Shown here in pieces: positions 1 to 9,336 of a stretch of DNA of 24,877 nt (its first letter is position 1; the number at the start of each line of letters is the position of its first letter). The notes beneath the pieces are model-generated. The model saw only the letters and a list, made by a program, of their open reading frames with translations. It did no database searches and was not told the origin of the DNA. This DNA comes from Octopus sinensis (Eukaryota), in assembly GCF_006345805.1 (NCBI RefSeq), contig NW_021836391.1, positions 1-24,877 of the forward strand. The letters are read 5' to 3'. The translations under genes and the position numbers were made by a program.

Positions 1-386
1 GAATACTTAATAAAATAATAAGATTGTATTGGTCATCTCTGTCATCATTGAAATTTTATATATCCTTTTTTTTTTTTTACATTTTGTCTTAATTAGAGAA
101 AGGTATTGAGGTAATTTTTCTACCAGCCGATGCCCAGCTTATCATGAATCCCTCTACTTTCTCCCTATATGGTGGTATTTCCTTTGGTCTTTTGAACAAT
201 GAACTGTTCAACTGGCAGATATGTTTCATCATAGATGTGAACAACTTCACCATCTTTGCAGTGAGATTGTTTAGTTTACCTCTCTGATAGTGTACAAATT
301 GCAACAAGAGAAATGGACGATAAATATACAAGTATGCCACACCAAAAGGACTACATTCATATATGGATTCCTATGTACATGTGTAG

Positions 387-650
387 ATCTTCAATATCCT
401 CCCAAAGAACCTGAGAGACCTGCATGGGGTGGATGCAGATGTCTTTAAAATAAAACTGGATCTCTTCCTGTCAGGTGTCCCAGATGAACCAACTTCACTG
501 CAGGAGGTGCAGATGAGAACAGCTGCATCGAACTCTCTCATGCACCAAATGGCAATTGCTAAACAGCATTCGTGAAGTAAAATCATGTAGCAACACCGAA
601 TGGCGGTGCTCCAGCATGGCCACAGCTCGTGAGCTGAAATTAGATAAGAT
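387..650 (+). mobile_element. 5'-truncated CR1/L2-group LINE 3' end (ORF2 C-terminus 387-575 plus 3' UTR)
   Basis: Frame 387-575 reads IFNILPKNLRDLHGVDADVFKIKLDLFLSGVPDEPTSLQEVQMRTAASNSLMHQMAIAKQHS*, matching the FNxLP...FKxxLDxFL pattern at the end of CR1-group ORF2. The 3' UTR has a double hairpin at 602-639 shared with SINE family A. Confidence 0.8.
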
Positions 651-1248
651 ATATTTATAGCTAACTCTACATCCCAGCCTACCCATCTGCATACCCATCT
701 GTCTATCTGTCTGTCCATCCTCTGTTTTGTATAATTACTTAGAAATTCAATAAATTGTTAAGCTATAATTAATATGCATATGCCATATTTCCTGATGTTA
801 CCCACAGTTGCAAATAACATACCTCCAAATTTACCTTTTGTTAATGATGAGTAACATTCTAGAAGTATTATAATCAAAATAGCTTATCTTTACTCAAGCT
901 TTGGAATGAAAATAAATGGTAATTAGTATAGCTCAGTAAGTAGAGCATCAGACTTTTATGAGTTAACCATAATGATCTGAAGGTTGTAGGTTCTTGTCTG
1001 TCTGTGGTGTGCACCATTTGTTTAGATGCAGGTGTAGACGTATGCAAGAAGGTGTCCTTCTGTGGGTGCATCATTTGATTAGGTACAGATGTAGATATCT
1101 CTGAGACTTTTGCTTCTCAACCATATGTAGTGCAAAAACATGTCTGGCCAGAGGGAGATATTACTTTGCTTAGAAATGGATGAGTGTTGGTGACAAGAAG
1201 AGCATTTGCCTGTAGAAAATCTGTCTGACTTAACTGTTTCTGACTTAA

Positions 1249-1812
1249 CCCTCTAGCATTCAAACCGGCCAAATCCGACCAAACTATTCTACTTGTTTTG
1301 TGAAGGCGTGTGGCTTAGTGGTTAGGGCATACGGCTGACGATTATAAGGTCGTGAGTTCAATTCCCGGCGACGCGTTGTGTCCTTGAGCAAGACACTTTA
1401 TTTCACGTTGCTCCAGTCCACTCAGCTGGTAAAAATGAGTTGTACCTGTATTTCAAAGGGCCGGCCTTGTCACACTCTGTGTCACGCTGAATCTCCCTGA
1501 GAACTACGTTAAGGGTACACGTGTCTGTGGGTTGCTCAGTCACTTGCATGTTAATTTCACGAGCAAGTTGTTCCATTGATTGTATCAACTGGGACCCTCG
1601 TCGTCGTAAACAACGGAGTGCTCTTATACTCTACTTGTTTTATGTTCAAACTAGCCAGATCTGGTCACTCACACCTACCCTACTATGTCACTCTAAAAAA
1701 AATAAATGTTCACATCATCAAAATCTCAAAGCTACAAGATAATGTTTAATTTATTCAAAAAAAATGAATCAATAAGAATTATATTTGATAGAAAAATATG
1801 AATGCTAAAGGG
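1249..1812. mobile_element. piggyBac-type MITE containing a nested SINE
   Basis: TTAA at 1245-1248 and 1813-1816; termini CCCTCTAGCATTCA and TGAATGCTAAAGGG are inverted repeats with 1 mismatch. Confidence 0.8.
1302..1622 (+). mobile_element. tRNA-derived SINE, family C, full length
   Basis: A-box TGGCTTAGTGG and B-box GAGTTCAATTCC; target-site duplication core TCTACTTGTTTT at 1288-1299 and 1630-1641; homologues at 8521-8818 and 10872-11205. Confidence 0.9.
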
Positions 1813-2007
1813 TTAAGCAGGCATAGGAAGTGGACATTAAAATGATGATGATGATGATGATAGCAGGTAATTATTTATCCTAAAGACAGCCTTACTTAAG
1901 TAGATCTTTAATCAAAGCTATTCAAACAATATTCATGTAAAATCTTAGGGTTGTATCTGTGACGACATCCATTCTACTTTTCATCTTTTAAGATTGGTAA
2001 CCCTTAA

Positions 2008-2217
2008 CCCTTTTGTTACTATATTTCTCTTTAAATTTACTGTCTTTATTTCAATCAATTTTTAAAATAACAAAAGAAATTTGTCATTATTTGGTTGGGT
2101 TTGGAATATAAATTTACATGGAATTTTGCTGGAAGGTTCTAATATAGATCACTGTAAAGTGGGGGAGTTTGTGTCACAGAATCACAATTGGTCTCAGACA
2201 GGATGGTTTCAAAATGG
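2008..2217. mobile_element. Degenerate piggyBac-like MITE
   Basis: Left end TTAA-CCCTTTTGTTAC, right end GTTTCAAAATGG-TTAG form a decayed inverted repeat; weakly related sequence near 24645-24700. Confidence 0.45.
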
Positions 2218-2244
2218 TTAGTATAGTTACAGATACATAGTTGC

Positions 2245-2405
2245 AAGGATGGCTGAGGTTATGAAACTTTTTTGTAGCCACATGGTTCCAGGTTCAGTCC
2301 TACTGTTTGGTACAAAAGGCAAGTGTCTTCTAGACCAACCACCAACCAATGCCTTATGATTGAATTTAGTAGATGGAAATTGTGAGGAAGCTCATTGTAT
2401 GTGTG
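2245..2405 (+). mobile_element. Degenerate SINE family A, 5' part
   Basis: CCACATGGTTCCAGGTTCAGTCC...GGCAAGTGTCTTCTA...TTTAGTAGATGGAAA aligns to the copy at 3665. Confidence 0.7.
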
Positions 2406-2414
2406 TGTATATCT

Positions 2415-2610
2415 GGCACCTGTGCGGGTGGCACGTAAAAAGCACCCACTACACTCACGAAGTGGTTGGCGTTAGGAAGGGCATCCAGCCGTAGAAACAC
2501 TGCCAGATCAGACTGGGCCTGATGCAGCCTTCTGGCTTCACAGACTCCAGTTGAACCGTCTAACCCATGCTAGCATGGAAAGCGGATGCTAAATGATGAT
2601 GATGATGATG
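2415..2610 (+). mobile_element. (GAT)n-tailed non-autonomous retroposon, family D
   Basis: GGTGGCACGTAAAAAGCACCCACTACACTC...CCCATGCTAGCATGGAAAGCGG ending in (GAT)n; near-identical copies at 7678, 12443, 18345 and 19676. Confidence 0.85.
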
Positions 2611-2671
<61 letters not shown>

Positions 2672-2696
2672 TAAATAACAATAGATGGATTGTGGT

Positions 2697-2775
2697 TCAC
2701 TATAGCTGTTTTATATGTTTTTTATCGATGAATAGAATTATTACATCACGTGAAAAATCCGTTTTCATCAGGTGA
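2697..2775 (-). ncRNA. Degenerate type I hammerhead ribozyme
   Basis: Minus strand: TCAC-CTGATGA-[long stem II]-AAAA-CAGCTA-TA-GTGA. Stem I TCAC/GTGA pairs; GAAA is mutated to AAAA. Confidence 0.7.
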
Positions 2776-2937
2776 GTACATGCATGTAAGAATTAAACAT
2801 TTTAAACATTCCAATGCAAAAATGCTATTTTTGATTCTACCAACCAAGAATTCAGAATTTTTGGTCAGTAGAATCAAAACAATGGCATTTTTGCTGTGAA
2901 ACTGAGATGTTTTAAAATGTTTAATTCTTACATGTAC

Positions 2938-3022
2938 TCATGTGATGAAAACATTTTTTTTTTTCACATGATGTAATAATTCTATTCATCAATGAAAAAC
3001 ATGCCTGAAACAGCTGTAGTGA
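2938..3022 (+). ncRNA. Degenerate type I hammerhead ribozyme
   Basis: TCAT-GTGATGA-[long stem II]-GAAA-CAGCTG-TA-GTGA. C3 is mutated to G; stem III is palindromic; cleavage triplet GUA. Confidence 0.7.
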
Positions 3023-3153
3023 ACCACAGTCCATCTTTTGTTATTTGTTTATCATTCACCTGACTCAGAACCTGCAATTACCATGAATCTGGAGTCTATT
3101 GAGAAATACATATTATTATATATAATATATATGTATGTATATATATATATATA

Positions 3154-3314
3154 TATAAGCGAGAAAGAAGCAACAAGAATGGATAGGTTTTTAGTACGAT
3201 CGTTTCATACAAGGACAGGTTTTATTAAAAGTTGCAACTTTAATAAAACCTGTCCTTGTATGAAACGATCGTACTAAAAACCTATCCATTCTTGTTGCTT
3301 CTTTCTCGCTTATA
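3154..3314. repeat. Near-perfect spacerless palindrome of 161 bp carrying the 3' half of a hammerhead
   Basis: Arms of 81 and 80 nt differ only by one extra A near the centre (3234/3235); each arm has GAAA-CGATCG-TA reading outward. Confidence 0.95.
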
Positions 3315-3664
3315 ATCACCCCACATTACTGTATTGTTAAATCAGTATAGTTTTTTTTTTGGTGCATCTAAGTTAAGTACCATATTCAAGTAAATTTTTT
3401 TAAATTAACTTGAATCTTTATTGCTCTTTGTATATAATATATATATATATAGTACAGTTGGTGCAGTATATATATCTAGATGCAGCCTTGAGATTCATTT
3501 TCAGTTGACCTTTTTGTCATTTTAACACAATTGGAGTATAAATCTGTCCTAACTTTAGTAAGCATGTATTTGTTCTTCAAATATTGCTTGTACACTATAG
3601 TGATTTCGCTGACCTAGCCTTGGTGTTTTACTTTCTAAGGACCTGATCGGCTTGAATCCTAAAT

Positions 3665-4062
3665 AGGAGTGGCTGTGTGGTAAGTAGCTTGCTTACCAAC
3701 CACATGGTTCTGGGTTCAGTCCCACTGCGTGGCACCTTGGGCAAATGTCTTCTACTATAGCTTCGGGCCGACCAAAGCCTTGTGAGTGGATTTGGTTGAC
3801 GGAAACTGAAAGAAGCCCATCGTATATATGTGTATATGTATATGTATGTGTGTGTGTTTGTGTGTCTGTTTCTCCCCCCTCCCCAACATCGCTTGACAAC
3901 CGATGCTGGTGTGTTTGCATCCCCGTAACTAAGCGGTTTGGCAAAAGAGACCAATAGAATAAGTATCAGGCTTACAAAGAATAAGTCCTGGGGTCGATTT
4001 GCTCGAATAAAGGCGGTGCTCCAGCATGGCCACAGTCAAATGACTGAAACAAGTAAAAGAGT
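3665..4062 (+). mobile_element. tRNA-derived SINE, family A
   Basis: A-box TGGCTGTGTGG, B-box GGTTCAGTCCC, internal (TG)n, tail GGCGGTGCTCCAGCATGGCCACAGTCAAATGACTGAAACAAGTAAAAGAG; many copies in the window. Confidence 0.9.
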
Positions 4063-4472
4063 GTGTGTGTGTGTGTGTGTAAGTGTGTGAATGTTTTTGT
4101 AGTGGTAGGGTGGGATTTGTTGTATAGGTGTGGTGGTCGGTGGTGCTGGAAACAAAAAGTCGGCAAAAATATGAGGAAGATTATAATGTTCTGCTATATA
4201 CTGAAGGATTGGCAAAGTTAATGATATTAAAGACAGTGTTTACGATAGTGGAAATAAGAATGGTGCCAACAATGACAAAAATAACAATGACATTGATGGT
4301 GATGATGATGATGGTGATGACGACAACAAAAGTAATGATGGTGACAGTGATGTTGATATATGTATGTGTGTGTGTGTGTGTGTGTGGCGGAGTATATATA
4401 GGTATATGTAGACATAGTATTTGCATATACATGTGAACACACAAACACACACACACACATATAGATATCTAT

Positions 4473-4884
4473 TTATTTCTTTATTGCCCACATGGGGCTA
4501 AACATAGAGAGGACAAACAAGGACAGACAAAGAGATTAAGTCAATTACATCGACCCCAGTGCATAACTGGTACTCATGTAATCAACCCTGAAAGGATGAA
4601 AGGCAAAGTTGACCTCGACAGAATTTGAACTCAGAATGTAATGGCAGACGAAATACCGCTATTTCTTTACTACCCACAAGGGGCTACATGCAGAGGGGAC
4701 AAACAAGGACAGACAAATGGATTAAGTTGATGATATCGACCCCAGTGCATAACTGGTACTTATTTAATAGACTCTGAAAGGATGAAAGGCAAAGTCAACC
4801 TCGGCGGAGTTTGATCTCAGAATGTAACGGCAGACGAAATACCACTAAGCATTTCACCTGGCGTGCTAACGATTCTGCCAGCTC
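4473..4884 (-). mobile_element. SINE family B tandem: a near-full copy (4660-4884) followed by a 5'-truncated copy (4473-4660)
   Basis: Two direct copies of GACAAACAAGGACAGACAAA...GAAAGGATGAAAGGCAAAGT. The minus strand has B-box GAGTTCAAATTC and a GCCTTTCATCCTTTC core resembling the Meta/MESC SINE domain. Confidence 0.88.
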
Positions 4885-5127
4885 ACACACATATATTTAT
4901 AGAATATATATCTCATTACCAGCATCATTTAATATGTTTTCCATACTTGCATTGGTTGGACATTCAAAAATACCTGCTTTGAATACTCTTCATAATGCCA
5001 ACAACATTGTAGAATGTACTGGATGCTTTTTTTCCACATGGCACCAGTATTAGTGAGGTTATCAAGCAACTTTCCGGAATGAGACCCACTCAGTTACGGA
5101 AAGGAGGTATTGATGTAAGTTGTATTG

Positions 5128-5296
5128 CGTTACGTTGTGAGTTCAAATTCCGCCGAGGTCGACTTTGCCTTTCATTCTTTTGGGGTCGATAAATTAAGTA
5201 CCAGTTATGCACTGGGGTCGATGTAATCGAGTTAATAGCTATGTCTGTCCTTGTTTGTCCGCTCTGTGTTTAGCCCCTTGTGGGTAATAAAGAAAT
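5128..5296 (+). mobile_element. SINE family B, 5'-truncated
   Basis: GAGTTCAAATTCCGCCGAGGTCGACTTTGCCTTTCAT...GTGGGTAATAAAGAAATA. Confidence 0.88.
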
Positions 5297-5597
5297 ATGT
5301 ATTATATCAGGTGATGAGATGTTAAAATATAATGCAGGAATAGATGTCTTGCTCTAGAGAATATACGTGGTTATTCCAGTTGGAAGAGAAAGAAGATGGT
5401 GGTAAGACTGTTATCCTCAATTTCCGAGAGGGCAAATGAAGAGAAGTAATATGTATTAGTAAATAGGTTTGCGAGAATTTGAGAGGCAAGTAGGAAGGAT
5501 AGAGCGAGATGCAATGAATGGTAAACACAGGTGGAGGCAAAGTCAATTCAGAAGAAAAGTAGAAAAAGGAAGTGTAGATCAGGGAAGTTATATATAT

Positions 5598-5993
5598 ACT
5601 CTATACTCTTTTACTTGTTTCAGTCATTTGACTGTGGCCATGCTGGAGCACCGCCTTTAGTCGAGCAAATCGACCCCGGGACTTATTCTTTGTAAGCCCA
5701 GTACTTATTCTATCGGTCTCTTTTGCTGAACCGCTAAGTGACGGGGACGTAAACACACACCAGCATCGGTTGTCAAGCAATACTAGGGGAACAAACACAG
5801 ACACACAAACACACACACACTACATATATATGACAGGCTTCTTTCAGTTTCCATTTACCAAATCCACTCACAAGGCATTGGTTGGCCCGGGGCTATAGCA
5901 GAAGACACTTGCCCAAGATGCCACGCAGTGGGACTGAACCCGGAACCATGTGGTTGGTTAGCAAGCTACTTACCACACAGCCACTCCTGCGCC

Positions 5994-5994
<1 letters not shown>
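5598..5994 (-). mobile_element. SINE family A, full length
   Basis: Reverse complement of 3665-4062, including head AGGCGCAGGAGTGGCTGTGTGG. Confidence 0.9.
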
Positions 5995-6040
<46 letters not shown>

Positions 6041-6045
<5 letters not shown>

Positions 6046-6275
6046 ATTTATATGTAAACACATATATACATGAGTACATATGCGTATATATTATGTGTAT
6101 ACACACACGCACATATATTTGTATGTAAATACATGTATCTGTGTCTGTACATGTATATCTGTATATATACGTTTGTGTGTGTGCATATGTTTATTTGGGT
6201 ATGTATATGTATAGTTGTATAATAATACATAATATATTTATGAATATGTATACAAATACGTTTTATTATATGTAT

Positions 6276-6317
<42 letters not shown>

Positions 6318-6642
6318 TATATAATATAATGTGTGAATCTACATTGATATGAAGATATGTATGTTTTTGTGTTTGTATATATATAATATATATATATATA
6401 TTTATAGATTTATATGTAAACACATATATACATGAGTACATATGCGTATATATTTATGTGTATACACACACGCACATATATTTGTATGTAAATACATGTA
6501 TCTGTGTGTGTCTGTACATGTATATCTGTATATATACGTTTGTGTGTGTGCATATGTTTATTTGGGTATGTATATGTATAGTTGTATAATAATACATAAT
6601 ATATTTATGAATATGTATACAAATACGTTTTATTATATGTAT

Positions 6643-6682
<40 letters not shown>

Positions 6683-6746
6683 TATATAATATAATGTGTG
6701 AATCTACATTGATATGAAGATATGTATGTTTTTGTGTTTGTATATA

Positions 6747-6760
<14 letters not shown>
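6041..6760. repeat. Direct tandem duplication of low-complexity TA/TG sequence, period about 362 bp
   Basis: TATAGATTTATATGTAAACACATATATACATGAGTAC starts at 6041 and 6403; the units differ only by small indels. Confidence 0.92.
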
Positions 6761-6778
<18 letters not shown>

Positions 6779-6975
6779 GTATATATACATGTAGGTTTGT
6801 ATATACATTGTATACATGTATGTATATTTTTGGATAGGCATATGCAAATATTTTTCTATTTATTGTTTTAGTTGGATTTTCATCTAGTTTGATAATCTAA
6901 TTATATAAATTACATCTAATGTTTGTTGTGCTATCTGTAATGTCATTACTACCACCATCACCACTACCATTATTA

Positions 6976-7214
6976 CTATTACCACCGCCTTAGTGAAGGT
7001 GGAGGTATTGTTTTCAGTCGCTTTTGTTTTTTTTTTTTGTTTGTCCATGGACAAGATATCTCAAGAACTGCTGGATGGATTTGGATGAAATTTTCAGGGA
7101 TATTTGGCCACGTGATTGGCACGAACTGATTAGATTTGGGGATTGATCTGGTACCAGCCAAGGATTCTGGATTATTTTTTCCAGTTTTTTTTTTACTTAA
7201 TTTTTGAGAGCAGT
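6976..7214 (+). mobile_element. Helentron-associated non-autonomous element (HINE/DINE-1-like), partial
   Basis: Begins TATTACCACCGCCTTAGTGAAGGTGGAGGT (hairpin/subTIR); reverse-complement homologue of 20830-21083. Confidence 0.7.
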
Positions 7215-7220
7215 TGGGTT

Positions 7221-7340
7221 CATTTATAAAGAGAAGGTCTTGCAGTCGTTTCCAGGAACAGCTGTAAGACCTTCCCTTTATAAATGTTCTGAAAACTATT
7301 CACAGCATTGGATTTTTTTTATCTCATTCTGTTAATTTTT
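7221..7340 (+). mobile_element. Short foldback (7221-7286) with a hammerhead 3' half, extending to (TA)n
   Basis: CATTTATAAAGAGAAGGTCTTGCAGTCGTTTCC-A-GGAACAGCTGTAAGACCTTCCCTTTATAAATG; the arm consensus is GAAA-CAGCTG-TA. Confidence 0.7.
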
Positions 7341-7449
7341 ATATATATATAAATATATATGTATATATATATTGTCAGTAGATAATAAATCTGAAATAGA
7401 AGCACACTCTAAGTTATAGTACAGTAGAGTATATAAGGATATTTCTGGC

Positions 7450-7503
7450 CAGTCTATGGGGTTACCCATAAAGTGCTTAGCTTTATGGCATTTCTTCAGA
7501 CTG
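7450..7503 (-). ncRNA. Strongly degenerate hammerhead-like motif inside a (TA)n-flanked insert (about 7370-7510)
   Basis: Minus strand: CAGT-CTGAAGA-AATG-CCATAAAG-CTAAGCA-CTTTATGG...TAG-ACTG; GAAA is lost. The insert shares AGAAGCACACTCTAA with about 12730. Confidence 0.45.
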
Positions 7504-7677
7504 TAACCTATATATATATACATATATATGATGTTGTGGTTGTATGCTAAGTGGTTTGTTTCTAGGTTCATTCTCACCGTATGGCATCTTGAGCACATGT
7601 TCTACTATAGCCCTGAGATTTGGTACATTGAAACTAAAAGAAGTCTTTTGTGTGTGTGTGTGTGTATATATATATAT

Positions 7678-8048
7678 CATCATCATCATCATCATCATCA
7701 TTTAACGTCCGCTTTCCATGCTAGCATAGGTTGGACGGTTCAACTGGGGTCTGGGAGAGCCGAAAGCTGCACCAGTCCAGTCAGATCTGGCAGTGTTTCT
7801 ACAGCTGGATGCCCTTCCTAACGCCAACCACTCCGAGAGTGTAGTGGGTGATTTTATGTGCCACCGACACAGGTGCCAGACGAGGCTGGCAAACGGCCAC
7901 GCTCGGATGGTGTTTTTTATTGCCACCGACACAGGTGCCAGACGAGGCTGGCAGACGGCCACGCTCGGATGGTGTTTTATGTGCCACCGACACAGGTGCC
8001 AGATGAGGCTGGCAAACGGCCACGATCGGATGGTGTTTGTTACGTGCC
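7678..8048 (-). mobile_element. Family D retroposon with three internal tandem units of about 61-62 bp (7859-8045)
   Basis: (CAT)n at 7678-7701 is the tail; TGCCACCGACACAGGTGCCAGA...GGATGGTGTTT occurs three times. Confidence 0.88.
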
Positions 8049-8151
8049 CATATATATATAGGGAAAGTTTACGAAAAAAAACAAAAGACGAAGACAGGTG
8101 GTGTACAAAACAAACAGATGTATTAGTATAACACTCAGGAATAGAAAAAGT

Positions 8152-8187
8152 CTTTTACGTTTTGAGCCTACGCTCTTCTACAGAAAG
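8152..8187 (-). ncRNA. Minimal hammerhead variant inside a PLE-like remnant (about 8060-8220)
   Basis: Minus strand: CTTT-CTGTAGA-A-GAGC-GTAG-GCTC-AAAA-CG-TA-AAAG. Stems I and II pair perfectly; the element runs into (TA)n at 8050-8060. Confidence 0.6.
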
Positions 8188-8520
8188 GTACACAGAAAAA
8201 AAACAAGGAGAGAAAAAAAATGTGTCTGTGGAAGTATGTCTGTGTTTGTTTTTGTCCCCAACCACAGCTTTGACAAAATGCTTTAACAGTATTTCTTCCA
8301 GTTTTATGTTCTGAGGTCAAATACTGCCAGCGTCGACTCTACCTTTTGTACTTTCGGGATCGATAAAAATATATACCTTATCATTTTAGCATAATGACAC
8401 ACAGCCGAGAGACAAGCACAAATTTAAAGGCATACACTCAAAGACACACAGATACACACACAAGCATACACACACACGCACACACACACACACAAACATA
8501 CATATGTATATGTATTAAAC

Positions 8521-8818
8521 TGGTACTCTGTTGGTTATGATGACGAGGGTTCAAGTTGATCCGATCAACGGAACAGCCTGCTTGTGAGATTAACGTGCAA
8601 GTGGTTGAGTACTCTACAGATACGTGTACTCCTTAACATAGTTCTGAGGGAGACTCAGCATGACACAGAGTGTGACAACACCAGCATTTTTGAAACACAG
8701 GTACTACTCATTTGTGTCACCTGAGTGAACTATGTCAACACAACAATTCGCTTGGGATTGAACTTGTGACCTTATGATCATGAGCCGAATACCCTAACCA
8801 GTAAGCCACATACCTTCA
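8521..8818 (-). mobile_element. SINE family C
   Basis: Reverse-complement homologue of 1302-1622, with both head and tail. Confidence 0.85.
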
Positions 8819-8849
8819 TATATGTATATGTATATGTATATGTGACACA

Positions 8850-9215
8850 TGAAGGTGCATGGCCTTGTGGTTAGGACTGTTGTACTCAGGATCATGAGAT
8901 TCTGGTTTCAATTCCCAGACCGGCTGCACATTGTTTTATGGAGAGCTAGGGAGGAGCAGTTGCTTCAGTCCGCTCAGCTGTAAAAGAGAAACTCTGTGAT
9001 GGTATAGCCTTCCAATTGGGTTTTATGTTGGCCTTTTATGTATAGCCTTCCAATCTTTATGTTTTATATATTGCCTTCCAATCGGGAGAATGTTGGCCTG
9101 TTCAACTAGCCAGTAGGATGGCATCGTTCAGATGCTAAAATGATGCAAAGCGCATTGTGACCAGTGATGTATAACAGCATCTGATAGTCTAGTTGACCAC
9201 ATGATCACATGATAT
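8850..9215 (+). mobile_element. SINE with a family C-like tRNA head and a different 3' region
   Basis: GAAGGTGCATGGCCTTGTGGTTAGG...GGTTTCAATTCCCAGACCGG, then CTCAGCTGTAAAA; ends CACATGATCACATGATA. Confidence 0.65.
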
Positions 9216-9221
9216 AACACC

Positions 9222-9253
<32 letters not shown>

Positions 9254-9294
9254 TAGTTGTATTATCAATCTATTGTAGATACAGAGACATTATT

Positions 9295-9336
<42 letters not shown>

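Larger units (their letters stand above)
1140..1861 (+). mobile_element. Degenerate (GAT)n-tailed retroposon (family D-like), split by a MITE
   Basis: GTTGGTGACAAGAAGAGCATTTGCCTGTAGAAAA before 1245 and GCATAGGAAGTGGACATTAAAATGATGATG after 1816 resemble consecutive parts of the copy at 2415-2610. Confidence 0.55.
2665..3052. mobile_element. Foldback of about 390 bp: two inverted Penelope-like pLTR remnants, each with a hammerhead motif
   Basis: Arms are reverse complements about position 2854 (GATGGATTGTGGTTCACTATAGCTGTTT versus AAACAGCTGTAGTGAACCACAGTCCATC); abuts (TA)n on the left. Confidence 0.8.

Noticed and set aside
89-340. 83-aa minus ORF, and a possible + strand exon after the poly-T/AG at about 96
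   Set aside because: No recognisable protein in any frame and no partner exon; it cannot be supported without RNA data.
1302-1375. tRNA gene
   Set aside because: A and B boxes are present, but there is no convincing cloverleaf and the sequence continues into a SINE body flanked by a TSD. The same applies to the other SINE heads.
3154-3314. Pre-miRNA or classical MITE interpretation of the palindrome
   Set aside because: There is no loop or bulge pattern typical of pre-miRNAs, the right arm continues asymmetrically, and the hammerhead half-motif explains it better.
7859-8045. CRISPR-like regularly spaced repeats
   Set aside because: Whole units repeat with no unique spacers, inside a eukaryotic retroposon and with no cas genes.
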